From an uncultured Muribaculaceae bacterium (lineage in GTDB: Bacteria; Bacillota_I; Bacilli_A; RF39; UBA660), in the NCBI GenBank assembly GCA_964609615.1, contig CAZSRL010000002.1:7933-71932 (forward strand): a stretch of 64,000 nucleotides of DNA, read 5' to 3'. A program made the translations under genes and the position numbers. Under the pieces are notes generated by a model, which did not search any database, had not been told where the DNA came from, and was given only the letters and a program-made list of their open reading frames with translations. Below, piece by piece: positions 29,122 to 39,603 of this stretch (positions within the stretch are counted from its first letter, which is position 1; each line of letters opens with the position of its first letter).

Positions 29122-30566
29122 TATTTATATAACACAAGCGGGTTAAACGCTGTTCCTCCACTATATGGTTTCCCACCTTTTACTACTGTGAAATGCAAAT
29201 GTGTTCCTGTACTTCTTCCGGTATTTCCCATAGTACCAATAACTTGTCCTTTTTTTACAACCTGTCCTTCTTTAGCATATTTTGCTGCTAAATGTAGATA
29301 TCCAGTATAGTATCCATTCCCATGATTAATATAAATATAGTTCCCCATAGATCCCCCAGAACTTGAATCTGTAACTGTTCCGGCGTTTGCGGCATATATT
29401 GGTGAACCATGTCCGCAACCTGAAATATCAATACCAGCATGCAGCCTTCCCCAACGTGGTCCAAATGGAGAAGTTATCAAATATGGACTAATCGTTGGCC
29501 ATGCCCAATCTCCAGAAACATTACCAGATACTGACAATCCTCCTTTTTTAACAATTTTAGGTATTGAAGGAGTTATTTCTTCACTTTTGGTAATTAAAGC
29601 ATATGTGGTTTCACCATTAACCGCTTCTTGTTTTATAGTTACTTTGCTCTCTCCATTTTCCCCTTCTTGTTCAACATCAGTTGTTCCTATTGGTAGTTTA
29701 TCATCGTATTTTTCTTGCGTTTTATATTTTATTTTTTGTTTTTCAACAATTGAACTAGTAATTACAACACTTACCTGCGGATTAATTAAACCAATGTTAA
29801 CTTTTTGCCCGGAAAACAATAATGTGTTTTCACTTGGAATATCAGCGTTAGCAATTAGAAATTCTTCTAAACTCAAATTGTTTTTTGCAGCAATACTATC
29901 TAATGTATCAGCCGCTTTTACTGTATAACTCTTTTGTTCCTCAAGAGTTCCAAATAATAAATACTTACTTAAATCTTTTTTAGTGGTAAAAATGTTATCA
30001 TCGCTTGATAAATAATTTTCTTTATATGTTATTTTTTCTTTTATGTCTACATCTTCTATTTTTGTTCCATAATCTGTTATTTCTCCTTGAGTGCCATTTA
30101 AATATTTTGAATATGTCTCAGCATTAACAAAAGCAGTAATTGTATTATTAATTGCTTTCTCAAAATCTTTTTTCTTAAGTACATTAAGTATTTCTTTTTT
30201 ATCTTTTGATTTATATATTGTTACTGTGTAGCCTTTTATAGTAAAAGGTTTTTTGTTTTTTATTTTATTATAAATATATTGAACACTTTCAATATCCTTT
30301 TCATAAGTAACAACTTTTTGTATCTTTAATCCTTTAGGAGGATATACTTTTTTAACATTATATTTTCTTTTTAAATATGTTTGTTCTTTATCAATTAAAT
30401 CAAGAAGTTCATTTTTATCCTTAATTGTACCAACAATTTCTTCATCTAAATACACTTGATATAAAGAAACTGGTTTTTCTATTTTTTTTACACCAATAAA
30501 ACCGACTATAAAAAATAGTCCAAATATCATTAACGTTATCAAAAATAAGCTTTCTTTTTTATTCAT
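29121..30566 (-). CDS. M23 (LytM) family metallopeptidase with LysM domain, membrane anchored
   Basis: LysM YTVKAADTLDSIAAKNN; M23 motifs HAGIDIS...GNTGRSTGTHLHF. Confidence 0.85.
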   Translation of the reverse strand: MNKKESLFLITLMIFGLFFIVGFIGVKKIEKPVSLYQVYLDEEIVGTIKDKNELLDLIDKEQTYLKRKYNVKKVYPPKGLKIQKVVTYEKDIESVQYIYNKIKNKKPFTIKGYTVTIYKSKDKKEILNVLKKKDFEKAINNTITAFVNAETYSKYLNGTQGEITDYGTKIEDVDIKEKITYKENYLSSDDNIFTTKKDLSKYLLFGTLEEQKSYTVKAADTLDSIAAKNNLSLEEFLIANADIPSENTLLFSGQKVNIGLINPQVSVVITSSIVEKQKIKYKTQEKYDDKLPIGTTDVEQEGENGESKVTIKQEAVNGETTYALITKSEEITPSIPKIVKKGGLSVSGNVSGDWAWPTISPYLITSPFGPRWGRLHAGIDISGCGHGSPIYAANAGTVTDSSSGGSMGNYIYINHGNGYYTGYLHLAAKYAKEGQVVKKGQVIGTMGNTGRSTGTHLHFTVVKGGKPYSGGTAFNPLVLYK

Positions 30567-31911
30567 TAATTTTAACCTCTCTATTTATACTGTTATTAAA
30601 ACAACTCATATTTTTTTCAAATATTAAGTCAACAGTCCCTGTTGAACCATTTCTATGTTTAGAAACAATTAACTCTGTACTTGTTGTAGTTTGTTTATCT
30701 TTTGCTTTCATATTATAATAATCATCATTATATAAGAACATTACAATATCTGCATCTTGTTCAATACTTCCACTTTCTTTCAAATCACTCATTATTGGTC
30801 TTTTATTTTCACGTGCTTCAACAGAACGTGAAAGTTGAGCTAATGCTATAACAGGCACTTTAAGTTCCATAGCTAATTTTTTTAAATCTCTTGATACTTC
30901 AGACACTTCTTGTACTCTTTGACCTGTATATTTACTAGAACTACTGATAAGTTGAAGATAATCAACTATAATAATATCTAATCCTTTATCACTATTTTTT
31001 AGTCTTCTACATTTACTTCTCATTTCGCTAACTGTTATTCCTGGAGTATCATCTAAGAAAAACTTTGTATCTGCAAGTTGACTCATTGCTTCGTTCAAGC
31101 TCTTCCAATCTTTATGTTCAAGTCTTCCTGTTCTCATTTTTTTCAAGTCTATTCTTCCGACACTTGCAAACATACGATTAACAAGTTGTTCAGCACTCAT
31201 TTCTAGTGAGAATAATGCAACACTTTTCTTTGCGTTAATTGCAATATTTGTTGCAAAATTAATTGCAAGTGCAGTTTTACCCATACCAGGTCTACCAGCC
31301 AAAATAATTAATTCATTTTCATGAAGTCCAGTTGTTCTATTATCTAAATCATAATAACCTGTTGGAATTCCTGTAATATCTGCACCATTTTTTGCTAATA
31401 GTTCAAGATCGTTTTGCGCTTTTACAATAACATCTTGAATTGATCTTACTTCTTTTCCAATCCTATCCTTATTGATACTTAAAATACCTTTTTCAGCGTC
31501 TTCAACTATTTCATCAAGATCTTTCTTTTCTTCATAACAATCAGTTACAATATTTGTTGCTTTATTAATTAAATTACGTAATACTGTTTTTTCAAACAAA
31601 ATATTAATATATTCATTAACATTTGCAGCTGTTGGAACGGCTTCAATTATTTCAGTTAAATATTCAACTCCACCAATATTACCTAATTCTTTTTTCTTTT
31701 CTAGTTCATTTGCAACAGTAGTAACATCAAGAGATACATTTTTTAATCTTAATTCTTTTAAAACTTCATAGATTTTTTTGTTCGCTTCAGAATAAAAACA
31801 TTCTGATGATAAATCCTCACAAACTTTATCTAATGCTTCATTCGTCAAAAATGCACAACTTAAAGCGGAAATTTCCGCATCTATATTTTGGGGTTCTTTA
31901 TTTACTGCCAT
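30559..31911 (-). CDS. dnaB: replicative DNA helicase DnaB
   Basis: Walker A GRPGMGKTA; DnaB N-domain; RecA-like C-domain. Confidence 0.95.
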   Translation of the reverse strand: MAVNKEPQNIDAEISALSCAFLTNEALDKVCEDLSSECFYSEANKKIYEVLKELRLKNVSLDVTTVANELEKKKELGNIGGVEYLTEIIEAVPTAANVNEYINILFEKTVLRNLINKATNIVTDCYEEKKDLDEIVEDAEKGILSINKDRIGKEVRSIQDVIVKAQNDLELLAKNGADITGIPTGYYDLDNRTTGLHENELIILAGRPGMGKTALAINFATNIAINAKKSVALFSLEMSAEQLVNRMFASVGRIDLKKMRTGRLEHKDWKSLNEAMSQLADTKFFLDDTPGITVSEMRSKCRRLKNSDKGLDIIIVDYLQLISSSSKYTGQRVQEVSEVSRDLKKLAMELKVPVIALAQLSRSVEARENKRPIMSDLKESGSIEQDADIVMFLYNDDYYNMKAKDKQTTTSTELIVSKHRNGSTGTVDLIFEKNMSCFNNSINREVKINE

Positions 31912-31921
31912 GTTTTCTCAC

Positions 31922-32359
31922 CTACTCACTTTTTACATTTATTTTTATCTTAGCTTTTACTTTACTATGTAAATTTATTTTCACTTCGTAATTTCCAATA
32001 GTTGTTATATCAGGTTTTTCTATTTTCTTCTTATCAATTTTATAGCCTAATTCAATAAGTTTCTCGTGTATTTGTTTTGTTGAGACTGTTCCGAAAAGTT
32101 TACCATTAGAACCAACCTTAACTTTTAATATAGGTTTTTCAGCTTCTAACTTTATTTTTAGTTTGTTACACTCATCAATAAGTTTTTCTTCTTGTTCTTC
32201 TCTTGAACTTATTTCTCTATTTAACACTTCATTACTTCTATGAGTATAAAGAACAGCTTGATTATTATTTATTAAAAACTTTGCATAACCATCTTTCACT
32301 TCAACTATTTCATCTTTTTTACCAAGTTTTTTTATATCTTTCAATAATATTATTTTCAT
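31922..32359 (-). CDS. rplI: 50S ribosomal protein L9
   Basis: MKIILLKDIKKLGKKDEIVEVKDGYA; AGGTGAT RBS. Confidence 0.9.
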   Translation of the reverse strand: MKIILLKDIKKLGKKDEIVEVKDGYAKFLINNNQAVLYTHRSNEVLNREISSREEQEEKLIDECNKLKIKLEAEKPILKVKVGSNGKLFGTVSTKQIHEKLIELGYKIDKKKIEKPDITTIGNYEVKINLHSKVKAKIKINVKSE

Positions 32360-32419
32360 TTTTATCACCTCTTGGTTCGTAAAATATTATATCATATTAT
32401 TATGAAAAAAAAAATAAGC

Positions 32420-33163
32420 TTACTTATTTTTCTTTTCTTTATTAGCGTATAAAATATAAAAACCAACTAAAAATCCACCAATAATATTTCCTATAGTTAC
32501 CGGTAGTAAATTATTAAATAATGCATCACATATACTTATTTCACTTGTTAAATATCCCATACTCAAATAAAACATATTTGCAACACTATGTTCAAATCCT
32601 AAAATTATAAAGACCATTATAGGGATAAATATACAAAATATTTTAGATATGGTATCTTTGTTTATAAAAGCTAAATATACTGCTACACAAACTAAAATGT
32701 TACAAAATATACCAAGTATCATTGCATTAATAAATGTTAAACTTGTTTTTGTAACAGAAATAGATGCAAATTTATTAAATAGCAAATCATTTGCTTCAAC
32801 ATTTCCTGCATAATATATTACAAGAGCAACAATAATACTTCCAATAAAATTTCCAATATAAACCCACAACCAATTATTTAGTAATTGATTTATTTTTATC
32901 TTTTTCTTAATAATTGGAATTATTAACAACATGTTTCCAGTAAACAATTCTGTTTTCATAAGAATAACAAGTATTAACCCGACCGGGAATAATAATCCCA
33001 TTACAAGTTTCGCAACGCTTGGCAAACTAATACTATATGAAGCATAAACGCTTATTGCACCTGCTAGAGCAATAAACATTCCTGCTAAAATTGAAAGAAT
33101 TATTAGTTTGCAAATATTATTATTTACTTTTTGTATTCCTGATTTATTATATTCTTCTATCAT
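32420..33163 (-). CDS. formate/nitrite transporter (FNT) family channel
   Basis: ELFTGN and GFEHSVANMF signature motifs. Confidence 0.8.
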   Translation of the reverse strand: MIEEYNKSGIQKVNNNICKLIILSILAGMFIALAGAISVYASYSISLPSVAKLVMGLLFPVGLILVILMKTELFTGNMLLIIPIIKKKIKINQLLNNWLWVYIGNFIGSIIVALVIYYAGNVEANDLLFNKFASISVTKTSLTFINAMILGIFCNILVCVAVYLAFINKDTISKIFCIFIPIMVFIILGFEHSVANMFYLSMGYLTSEISICDALFNNLLPVTIGNIIGGFLVGFYILYANKEKKNK

Positions 33164-33217
33164 AATGTCCTCCTTCTAATTAAATTATAACACAAAAAAA
33201 ATAATCTAAACGATTAT

Positions 33218-33433
33218 TTATTTAACATATGGAATTAACGCCATAAATCTTGAATATTTAATTTGTTTTGCAATATGTCTTTGGTGTTGTGCACAAGCAC
33301 CAGTCATTCTTCTAGGTAATATTTTACCTTTTTCATTTATATATTTGTTTATTATCATTACATCTTTATAATCAACGCTTTTTCCAGCACACATTTGACA
33401 TATTTTTTTCTTTTTTCTATAAAATTCTGCCAT
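33218..33433 (-). CDS. rpsR: 30S ribosomal protein S18
   Basis: CAQHQRHIAKQIKYSRFMALIPY. Confidence 0.95.
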   Translation of the reverse strand: MAEFYRKKKKICQMCAGKSVDYKDVMIINKYINEKGKILPRRMTGACAQHQRHIAKQIKYSRFMALIPYVK

Positions 33434-33447
33434 AATTATCTCCTTCC

Positions 33448-33918
33448 TTAAAATGGTAAATCATCATCAGTTAAAACTACTTCAGAACCAAAATCTTTAA
33501 ACGGATCATCTCCAGAAATTTCTGTTTCTTTAGTTTGAGAAACTACATCTTGATCAGGTATTCCAGCAGCATCTTGTGCAAAAGAACTGCTTGATGCGCT
33601 ATTTGCTCTACTAAGGAATTCAACGCTATCTGCAACTACATCAGTAACATATCTTTTTGTACCATCTTGAGCATCATATGTTCTGTTTTGAAGTCTTCCT
33701 TCTACACATACTTGTGTTCCCTTTTGACAATACTTACTAACATTTTCAGCTTGTTTTCTCCATACAGTTACATTAAAGAAATCAGCTTCAATATTTCCTT
33801 CTTTATTTTTAAAATTTCTATTTACAGCTAAAGAAAAATTTGTTGCAGGAATGCCATTAGTTGTTGTTCTTAGTTCAGGATCTTTTGTAAGTCTTCCTAT
33901 TAATACTACTTTATTCAT
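33448..33918 (-). CDS. ssb: single-stranded DNA-binding protein
   Basis: OB-fold MNKVVLIGRLTKDPELR; acidic tail DDDLPF. Confidence 0.95.
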   Translation of the reverse strand: MNKVVLIGRLTKDPELRTTTNGIPATNFSLAVNRNFKNKEGNIEADFFNVTVWRKQAENVSKYCQKGTQVCVEGRLQNRTYDAQDGTKRYVTDVVADSVEFLSRANSASSSSFAQDAAGIPDQDVVSQTKETEISGDDPFKDFGSEVVLTDDDLPF

Positions 33919-33922
33919 TATA

Positions 33923-34210
33923 TTACTCCTCACTTTTAATGATTAAATGTCTTAAAATATTTTCTTCAATTAAAGCTTTTCTATCAAATTCTTTTATTGC
34001 TTCAGGTGACGCTTCAATATTTAAAAGAAAATAAAATCCAGTTTTTTGCTTTTTAATTTCATATGCAAGTTTCTTTTGTCCCATTTCTTTTTTATTAACT
34101 ATTTTTGCTTTTTTATCAGTTAATATTTTATCAAATGTTTTAGAAATTTCTTTTACTGCACTTTCTTCCATGTCACTTCTAACAATATACATTATTTCAT
34201 ATTTGTTCAT
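33923..34210 (-). CDS. rpsF: 30S ribosomal protein S6
   Basis: MNKYEIMYIVRSDMEE... Confidence 0.95.
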   Translation of the reverse strand: MNKYEIMYIVRSDMEESAVKEISKTFDKILTDKKAKIVNKKEMGQKKLAYEIKKQKTGFYFLLNIEASPEAIKEFDRKALIEENILRHLIIKSEE

Positions 34211-34344
34211 ACTACACCTCCTTATGGTCTTTGGCTTCTAAAATGAAGCAAGGAGCTCTCGCTCAATTTGTATTATATCAAACAAACAATAATAAAACAA
34301 CTATAAATATTTATATGTAAGCATAAAAAAAATAGAATTAAATT

Positions 34345-35019
34345 CTATTTTTTTGCTGTTGTTTTTTTCTTAGCTGGTTCTTTTTTTTGTGTTGGTTTTG
34401 TTTCAACTACTTTTTGTTTTTCAAGTAATTTTTCGTAATATATTACATATGACATTGCCATATAAGGATAAACCCAAATAAGTAGTATTCCAAAAGTTAG
34501 ACAAGATAAAACTATCCATCCAAGCCAACTTAATGCAAATACAAAATAATTCCATTTGTATCCTTTAAGCATATTCCAACTTTTTTTAATTGCTCCAATA
34601 GGATCATCTTCACCATCAGCTAACAAATAATATACTTGTGATAGGCCGATTCCAACAATAATACCAGGCACAATTAATAAGCAAAAACCAATTGAAATAA
34701 AAATATATGTAAGAATTACAGTTGCAATAATTGGTAGTATGTTTTTGTAACTCATAAATAAATCTTTTAAATTAAATTTATTTCCTCTAGATACATCTAA
34801 ACAATACTTCATAAGTCCAACAGTAATTGGTGCTGCAATAAGTGTATATACTATTTCATATACATAAGCTCCAGTAGTATTATCTTCAATTCCAAATATC
34901 ATTTGGATTGCGCTAAATAAAATATACACAGCCATTACAACAAGAAATGCTTGCCATAAAACCCATCTTTTACCTTCTATTTTTTCTTTTGCCAATGATT
35001 TTATTTCTACTCTATCCAT
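34345..35019 (-). CDS. DUF975-family integral membrane protein
   Basis: Four TM helices with GIIVGIGLSQVYYLL pattern; Lys-rich tail. Confidence 0.5.
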   Translation of the reverse strand: MDRVEIKSLAKEKIEGKRWVLWQAFLVVMAVYILFSAIQMIFGIEDNTTGAYVYEIVYTLIAAPITVGLMKYCLDVSRGNKFNLKDLFMSYKNILPIIATVILTYIFISIGFCLLIVPGIIVGIGLSQVYYLLADGEDDPIGAIKKSWNMLKGYKWNYFVFALSWLGWIVLSCLTFGILLIWVYPYMAMSYVIYYEKLLEKQKVVETKPTQKKEPAKKKTTAKK

Positions 35020-35095
35020 AAATACTCCCTCCTCTTAAGATAATTATATTCTTTTTTATTATAAAAAACAAGAAAAAAGTGTATTATAATACACT

Positions 35096-36196
35096 TTATA
35101 CATTAAATCTAAAATGACAAATATCTCCATCTTTCATGATATAATCTTTTCCTTCAACTCTTAACTTCCCATTTTCTTTTACTTTTAATTCGCTTTTATA
35201 TTCAATCAAATCATTATATGTTATTACTTCGGCTCTAATAAACCCTCTTTCAAAATCTGTGTGAATAATTCCTGCACACTCTGGTGCTTTCATTCCTTTA
35301 GTAAATGTCCATGCTCTGCATTCATCTTCTCCAACTGTAAAGAATGTTTCTAAACCTAATAATTTGTATGTGATTTTAATAAGTTGATCTAGTCCACTTT
35401 CTTCTACTCCAATTTCTTTTAAAAATTCGTTCTTTTCTTCTTCATTTAATTCGGATAATTCACTTTCTAATTTTGCACACATAATAATCAATTCACCATT
35501 AAAATCTTTTAAATAATCTTTTAATTTTGAGATAAAAACATTTTCTTTATTTATCATTTCAATTTCAGAAACATTTGCTAAATATATGATTGGTTTTAAT
35601 GTGATGAAATTAAAATTTTTTATTATTAAAAGTTCCTCTTCTGAAAATGATATCAACCTTAAAGCAATATTTTTTGAAAGAGCATCTTGAATTTTTTTTA
35701 ATACTTCCAATTCTTGCTTTGTTTCTTTATCATTTGTTGTTTTTGCCTTTTTTTCTATCTTACTAATTCTATTTTCTGCTATTTCCAAATCGCTAATAGT
35801 TAATTCTAAATTTATTATTTCTATATCCCTTACCGGATCAACGTTTCCTTCAACATGTGTTATATTTTTATCTTCAAAACATCTTACTACTTGTACGATT
35901 GCATCCACTTCTCTAATATGAGATAGGAATTTATTTCCTAATCCTTCTCCAAGTGATGCCCCTTTAACTAAACCGGCAATATCCGTAAATTCATACATTG
36001 TGGAAATTGTTTTTTTAGGATTGTACATTTTTTCTAAAACAGCAAGTCTGCTATCTGGTACAGTAACCATTCCAATGTTTGGATCAATAGTAGCAAACGG
36101 ATAATTTTCTGCTAAAATGTTTTTTTTAGTTATTGCATTAAATAATGTACTTTTCCCAACATTAGGCATCCCTATTATTCCTGCTTTAAGCGACAT
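35096..36196 (-). CDS. ychF: ribosome-binding ATPase YchF
   Basis: MSLKAGIIGMPNVGKSTLFNAIT; TGS domain at C-terminus. Confidence 0.9.
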   Translation of the reverse strand: MSLKAGIIGMPNVGKSTLFNAITKKNILAENYPFATIDPNIGMVTVPDSRLAVLEKMYNPKKTISTMYEFTDIAGLVKGASLGEGLGNKFLSHIREVDAIVQVVRCFEDKNITHVEGNVDPVRDIEIINLELTISDLEIAENRISKIEKKAKTTNDKETKQELEVLKKIQDALSKNIALRLISFSEEELLIIKNFNFITLKPIIYLANVSEIEMINKENVFISKLKDYLKDFNGELIIMCAKLESELSELNEEEKNEFLKEIGVEESGLDQLIKITYKLLGLETFFTVGEDECRAWTFTKGMKAPECAGIIHTDFERGFIRAEVITYNDLIEYKSELKVKENGKLRVEGKDYIMKDGDICHFRFNV

Positions 36197-37724
36197 ATTC
36201 AACTCCTGGGAGAGCACCAACGCCTAATGGCATTCCTGTAATATACCATCCAATTACTAATACTATCCATATTGCTAAGACTGCAAACGAATACGGAATC
36301 ATGTACTTCATACTACCAAACAATGTTATCATTTCTCCTTGAGAAGAATTATATTTTTCCAAATAAGCAATATAAATTACAAAATATGCTAGTAATGGGG
36401 TTATGCCATTTGTTACACTTGAACCAGCAGTATACACTATTTGAGCATATTCTGGTGATAAAGATGCATTTATAAAGACTGGGACACTAACACCAATCAT
36501 AGCCCATTTTAAAGTAGGACTCGGATATACTAAATTAGTAAGCATTGCTCCAATAAATAAAGTTAATACAAGTGGAAGTCCTCCTACTTCAAGATTTGAT
36601 AAGAAATTTGAAAATAACGCAACTAAAACTGAACCAATTTCCGTTTTCTTAAATACACTAATAAATAGTGAAGCGAAAAATATTAAAACTAATATATTTC
36701 CAATTTTATCTAAAGAATAATTAAAACCATCAGTTACATCTTTATTATTTTTAATATTTTTAACAATAATTCCATAAAACACACCAACAAGAATAAATAA
36801 CATTGCAACTATAAATACAAATCCATCATTAAATAATGAAGTCTCTCCAAAAATTTTATCTATATAATACTTTCCATTTGGTTCTATAAGAGCTCCCGAA
36901 AAAGGTAATCCAGGAATAATCATATATACTACAATCAAAATATAAACAAATCCAGCGCCTAAACCAATAATTAATCCTTTTAAATCTTTATTAGTTAGTT
37001 TAACTTCCTCTACTTCCTCATTTTGAACTGGTTTCGGTAATTTTGGCATAATTATTTTTTCAGTAATATATGTCATAACAAATGACATAATAAATAATGC
37101 TGTAATCATTATTCCTACTGAAAAGAAAGGACTTATTGTATAATTTGTATCTAACACTTTTGCACTGTTCAAGGTTATAGAAAGAAGTGTACTATCTGTT
37201 ACACTCATAAAAACGTTCACACCATATCCAAAAGACATAGCAGCAAATGATGCAATAATACCTCCTAATGGATTTCTTTTTCCATACTTAAATAATAACG
37301 CTCCCATAGGTAACATTATTACATATCCTAAATCTCCAACAAGTGAGAAGAAAATACTAATAAATATTAACCAAAAAGTTAAAGTGTTTTTTCCGCATGT
37401 TTGAGTTAATAATGTAAAAAATGTTTTAGAAAAACCGGTTTTTTCCATTACCCCAATACCTATCAAAGTTATAATAAGCATACTTAGTGGAGCAAATGAT
37501 ACAAAACCACTTACCGCATTAGTAACAATAAATTTAAGCCCTGCTAAACTAAATAAACTAGTGACAGACACTACATTGTTGTCAAAACCACCAGTTACAG
37601 TATTAACCGTATTATAATCTGATTGCAAATTGAAAAACGCTAATATCCCACTTACAACAATGGTTATTCCAGTTAATAGTATAAACATCATCGTAGGACT
37701 TAATTTAAATTTATTTCTCGTCAT
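36186..37724 (-). CDS. AbgT-family transporter
   Basis: 512-aa polytopic protein with AbgT-like N-terminus and YGKRNPLGGIIASFAAMSFGYG segment. Confidence 0.6.
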   Translation of the reverse strand: MTRNKFKLSPTMMFILLTGITIVVSGILAFFNLQSDYNTVNTVTGGFDNNVVSVTSLFSLAGLKFIVTNAVSGFVSFAPLSMLIITLIGIGVMEKTGFSKTFFTLLTQTCGKNTLTFWLIFISIFFSLVGDLGYVIMLPMGALLFKYGKRNPLGGIIASFAAMSFGYGVNVFMSVTDSTLLSITLNSAKVLDTNYTISPFFSVGIMITALFIMSFVMTYITEKIIMPKLPKPVQNEEVEEVKLTNKDLKGLIIGLGAGFVYILIVVYMIIPGLPFSGALIEPNGKYYIDKIFGETSLFNDGFVFIVAMLFILVGVFYGIIVKNIKNNKDVTDGFNYSLDKIGNILVLIFFASLFISVFKKTEIGSVLVALFSNFLSNLEVGGLPLVLTLFIGAMLTNLVYPSPTLKWAMIGVSVPVFINASLSPEYAQIVYTAGSSVTNGITPLLAYFVIYIAYLEKYNSSQGEMITLFGSMKYMIPYSFAVLAIWIVLVIGWYITGMPLGVGALPGVEYVA

Positions 37725-37923
37725 TATTTTTCACCACTTCTTTTAATTTTTTTTCAAATGATAACCTATCAATCATAATACTTCTACCACAATTAATACA
37801 TTTTAATTTAATATCAACACCCATTCTAGTTATTTGCCAATAATTCATTTTGCAAGGGTGGGGTTTTTTCATTATAACATAATCATTAAGTTTATATTCT
37901 TTATTTTTCATTATATACCTCAA
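37711..37923 (-). CDS. DUF951 family protein (YyzM-like)
   Basis: 70 aa with CxxC-type pattern HPCK...CINCG; coordinates from ORF track. Confidence 0.6.
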   Translation of the reverse strand: MRYIMKNKEYKLNDYVIMKKPHPCKMNYWQITRMGVDIKLKCINCGRSIMIDRLSFEKKLKEVVKNNDEK

Positions 37924-38710
37924 TAGATTTATATGGGATTTTTATATTTTTTTCATAAAAAGTATCTTTAATAAGTTTTAAGGTCTGTCTTTGAATAGCA
38001 AATCTTTCTGATGGTTTTGCTTCAATAGTCATTCTATAAACAACACTAGAATCCGCTAATTCTTGAATTCCTAATACATCTATGTGTTTTTTTACACCAT
38101 TTATTTTTTCTATTGTTGGAATTAATTCAGTCAAAACTTTTATAATTTTGTCTGATTTTTCCCTATAATCCACATTAACATCAATAACAACAGTGCTATT
38201 ATATTGTGAATAATTAATTACATTCCCTACACTACTATTATTAAATATTTTTATTTCGCCAGTCCAACTTAATACTTTAGTTGTTTTTAAACCCATTTCT
38301 TTTACTTCTCCGTAGAAACCATCAATTTCTATATAATCGCCTACCTCATATTCTCTATCAGCTATTATAAAAAATCCTGAAGCAAAATCTTTAATAGTAT
38401 CTTGTAATGCCCATCCGAGTATTAATGAAAATATACCTATACTAGCTAATAATGAAGAAGTGTTAACTCCCACTATTTTTAGTATTACTATTAAATCAAT
38501 TACAATTATTAAGTATTTTACAATGTTAATTGCAACTGATGTTATAGTTTTTTGCCTCTTAACATTAATTCTTTTACTTTTTAATTGTATCTTTAACGAA
38601 CTTAATATAATTGATTTAATAATATAGTACACCAAAACACCAACAGCAATAACTATTGCTATATCAAGAATTTGCAAAATAAACTTTTCACTAATAATTG
38701 TTTCAATCAT
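37901..38710 (-). CDS. small-conductance mechanosensitive channel (MscS family)
   Basis: Three TM helices plus MscS beta-domain motif FIIADREYEVGDYIEIDG. Confidence 0.85.
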   Translation of the reverse strand: MIETIISEKFILQILDIAIVIAVGVLVYYIIKSIILSSLKIQLKSKRINVKRQKTITSVAINIVKYLIIVIDLIVILKIVGVNTSSLLASIGIFSLILGWALQDTIKDFASGFFIIADREYEVGDYIEIDGFYGEVKEMGLKTTKVLSWTGEIKIFNNSSVGNVINYSQYNSTVVIDVNVDYREKSDKIIKVLTELIPTIEKINGVKKHIDVLGIQELADSSVVYRMTIEAKPSERFAIQRQTLKLIKDTFYEKNIKIPYKSIEVYNEK

Positions 38711-38712
38711 TA

Positions 38713-39603
38713 TTACTCCTTATCAATTTCAATATTTAATATATTTAATATTCTTTCTAAATCCATTTCACTGTCATAAGGTATTTCTATGTTTTTACCA
38801 GTGATTTTAACCATTGTACCTATTTTCATTCTCATTATATGCTCAACATTTGAATATTTTCTTTCTTTAGAATAATTTCCTTCATGTTTTCTTTTAATAT
38901 TTCCTTTAGATATTAAATTTTCTAATTCTCTTACCGAAAGATTTTTATTTTTAATTTCTTTCAAATATTTAAGTATTTCTTCTTCTTCATCAAGTTTACT
39001 AAGAATTTTAGCATGAGCCATACTAATATTTCCCTTTATTATTTCTTGTTGTGCTTCTCTAGGTAGTCTCAAAAGGCCCAATGTATTAGTTATATAGCTC
39101 CTACTCTTACCAATTTTTTTACTTAGTTCTTCTTGAGTTATATCTAGTTTTTTTATTATTTTCATAAATGCTTTTGCTTCTTCAACAGCATTTAAATCTT
39201 CTCTTTGAATATTTTCAAGTAAAGCAATTTCCATCATTTGATTTTCTGAAAAATCTTTTATAATAGCAGGAATAGTTTTTTTGCCAGCAATTAAACTTGC
39301 TCTTGTTCTTCTTTCTCCAGCAACAATTTCGTAGCCTTTTATACTTTTCTTAACTATAATAGGTTGAAAAACTCCATATTCTTTTATTGATGCAGCAAGT
39401 TCGTTAAGTTTTTCTTCATCAAAATTTTGTCTTGGTTGATATGGATTACTCCTTAGTTCATTTAAATTAATATCTACTATATCTTTTGGATTAGTTTCTT
39501 CAATAATTTTCTTTTCGATATTATCCATATCTAAGGTTTGATTATTAAATAACTGTTCTAATCCGGTTCCTAAAGCTTTTCTTTTATTGTCCATTTCTTT
39601 CAA
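38713..39603 (-). CDS. parB: chromosome partitioning protein ParB/Spo0J
   Basis: ParB box IVAGERRTRAS; HTH; overlaps parA by 20 nt. Confidence 0.9.
   Translation of the reverse strand: MKEMDNKRKALGTGLEQLFNNQTLDMDNIEKKIIEETNPKDIVDINLNELRSNPYQPRQNFDEEKLNELAASIKEYGVFQPIIVKKSIKGYEIVAGERRTRASLIAGKKTIPAIIKDFSENQMMEIALLENIQREDLNAVEEAKAFMKIIKKLDITQEELSKKIGKSRSYITNTLGLLRLPREAQQEIIKGNISMAHAKILSKLDEEEEILKYLKEIKNKNLSVRELENLISKGNIKRKHEGNYSKERKYSNVEHIMRMKIGTMVKITGKNIEIPYDSEMDLERILNILNIEIDKE

Noticed and set aside
37855-37875. Apparent extra G in a G/T homopolymer that seemed to frameshift the DUF951 gene when I hand-translated
   Set aside because: The supplied ORF track shows an intact 70-aa ORF through this point and downstream coordinates stay in register; most likely my own counting error in a homopolymer
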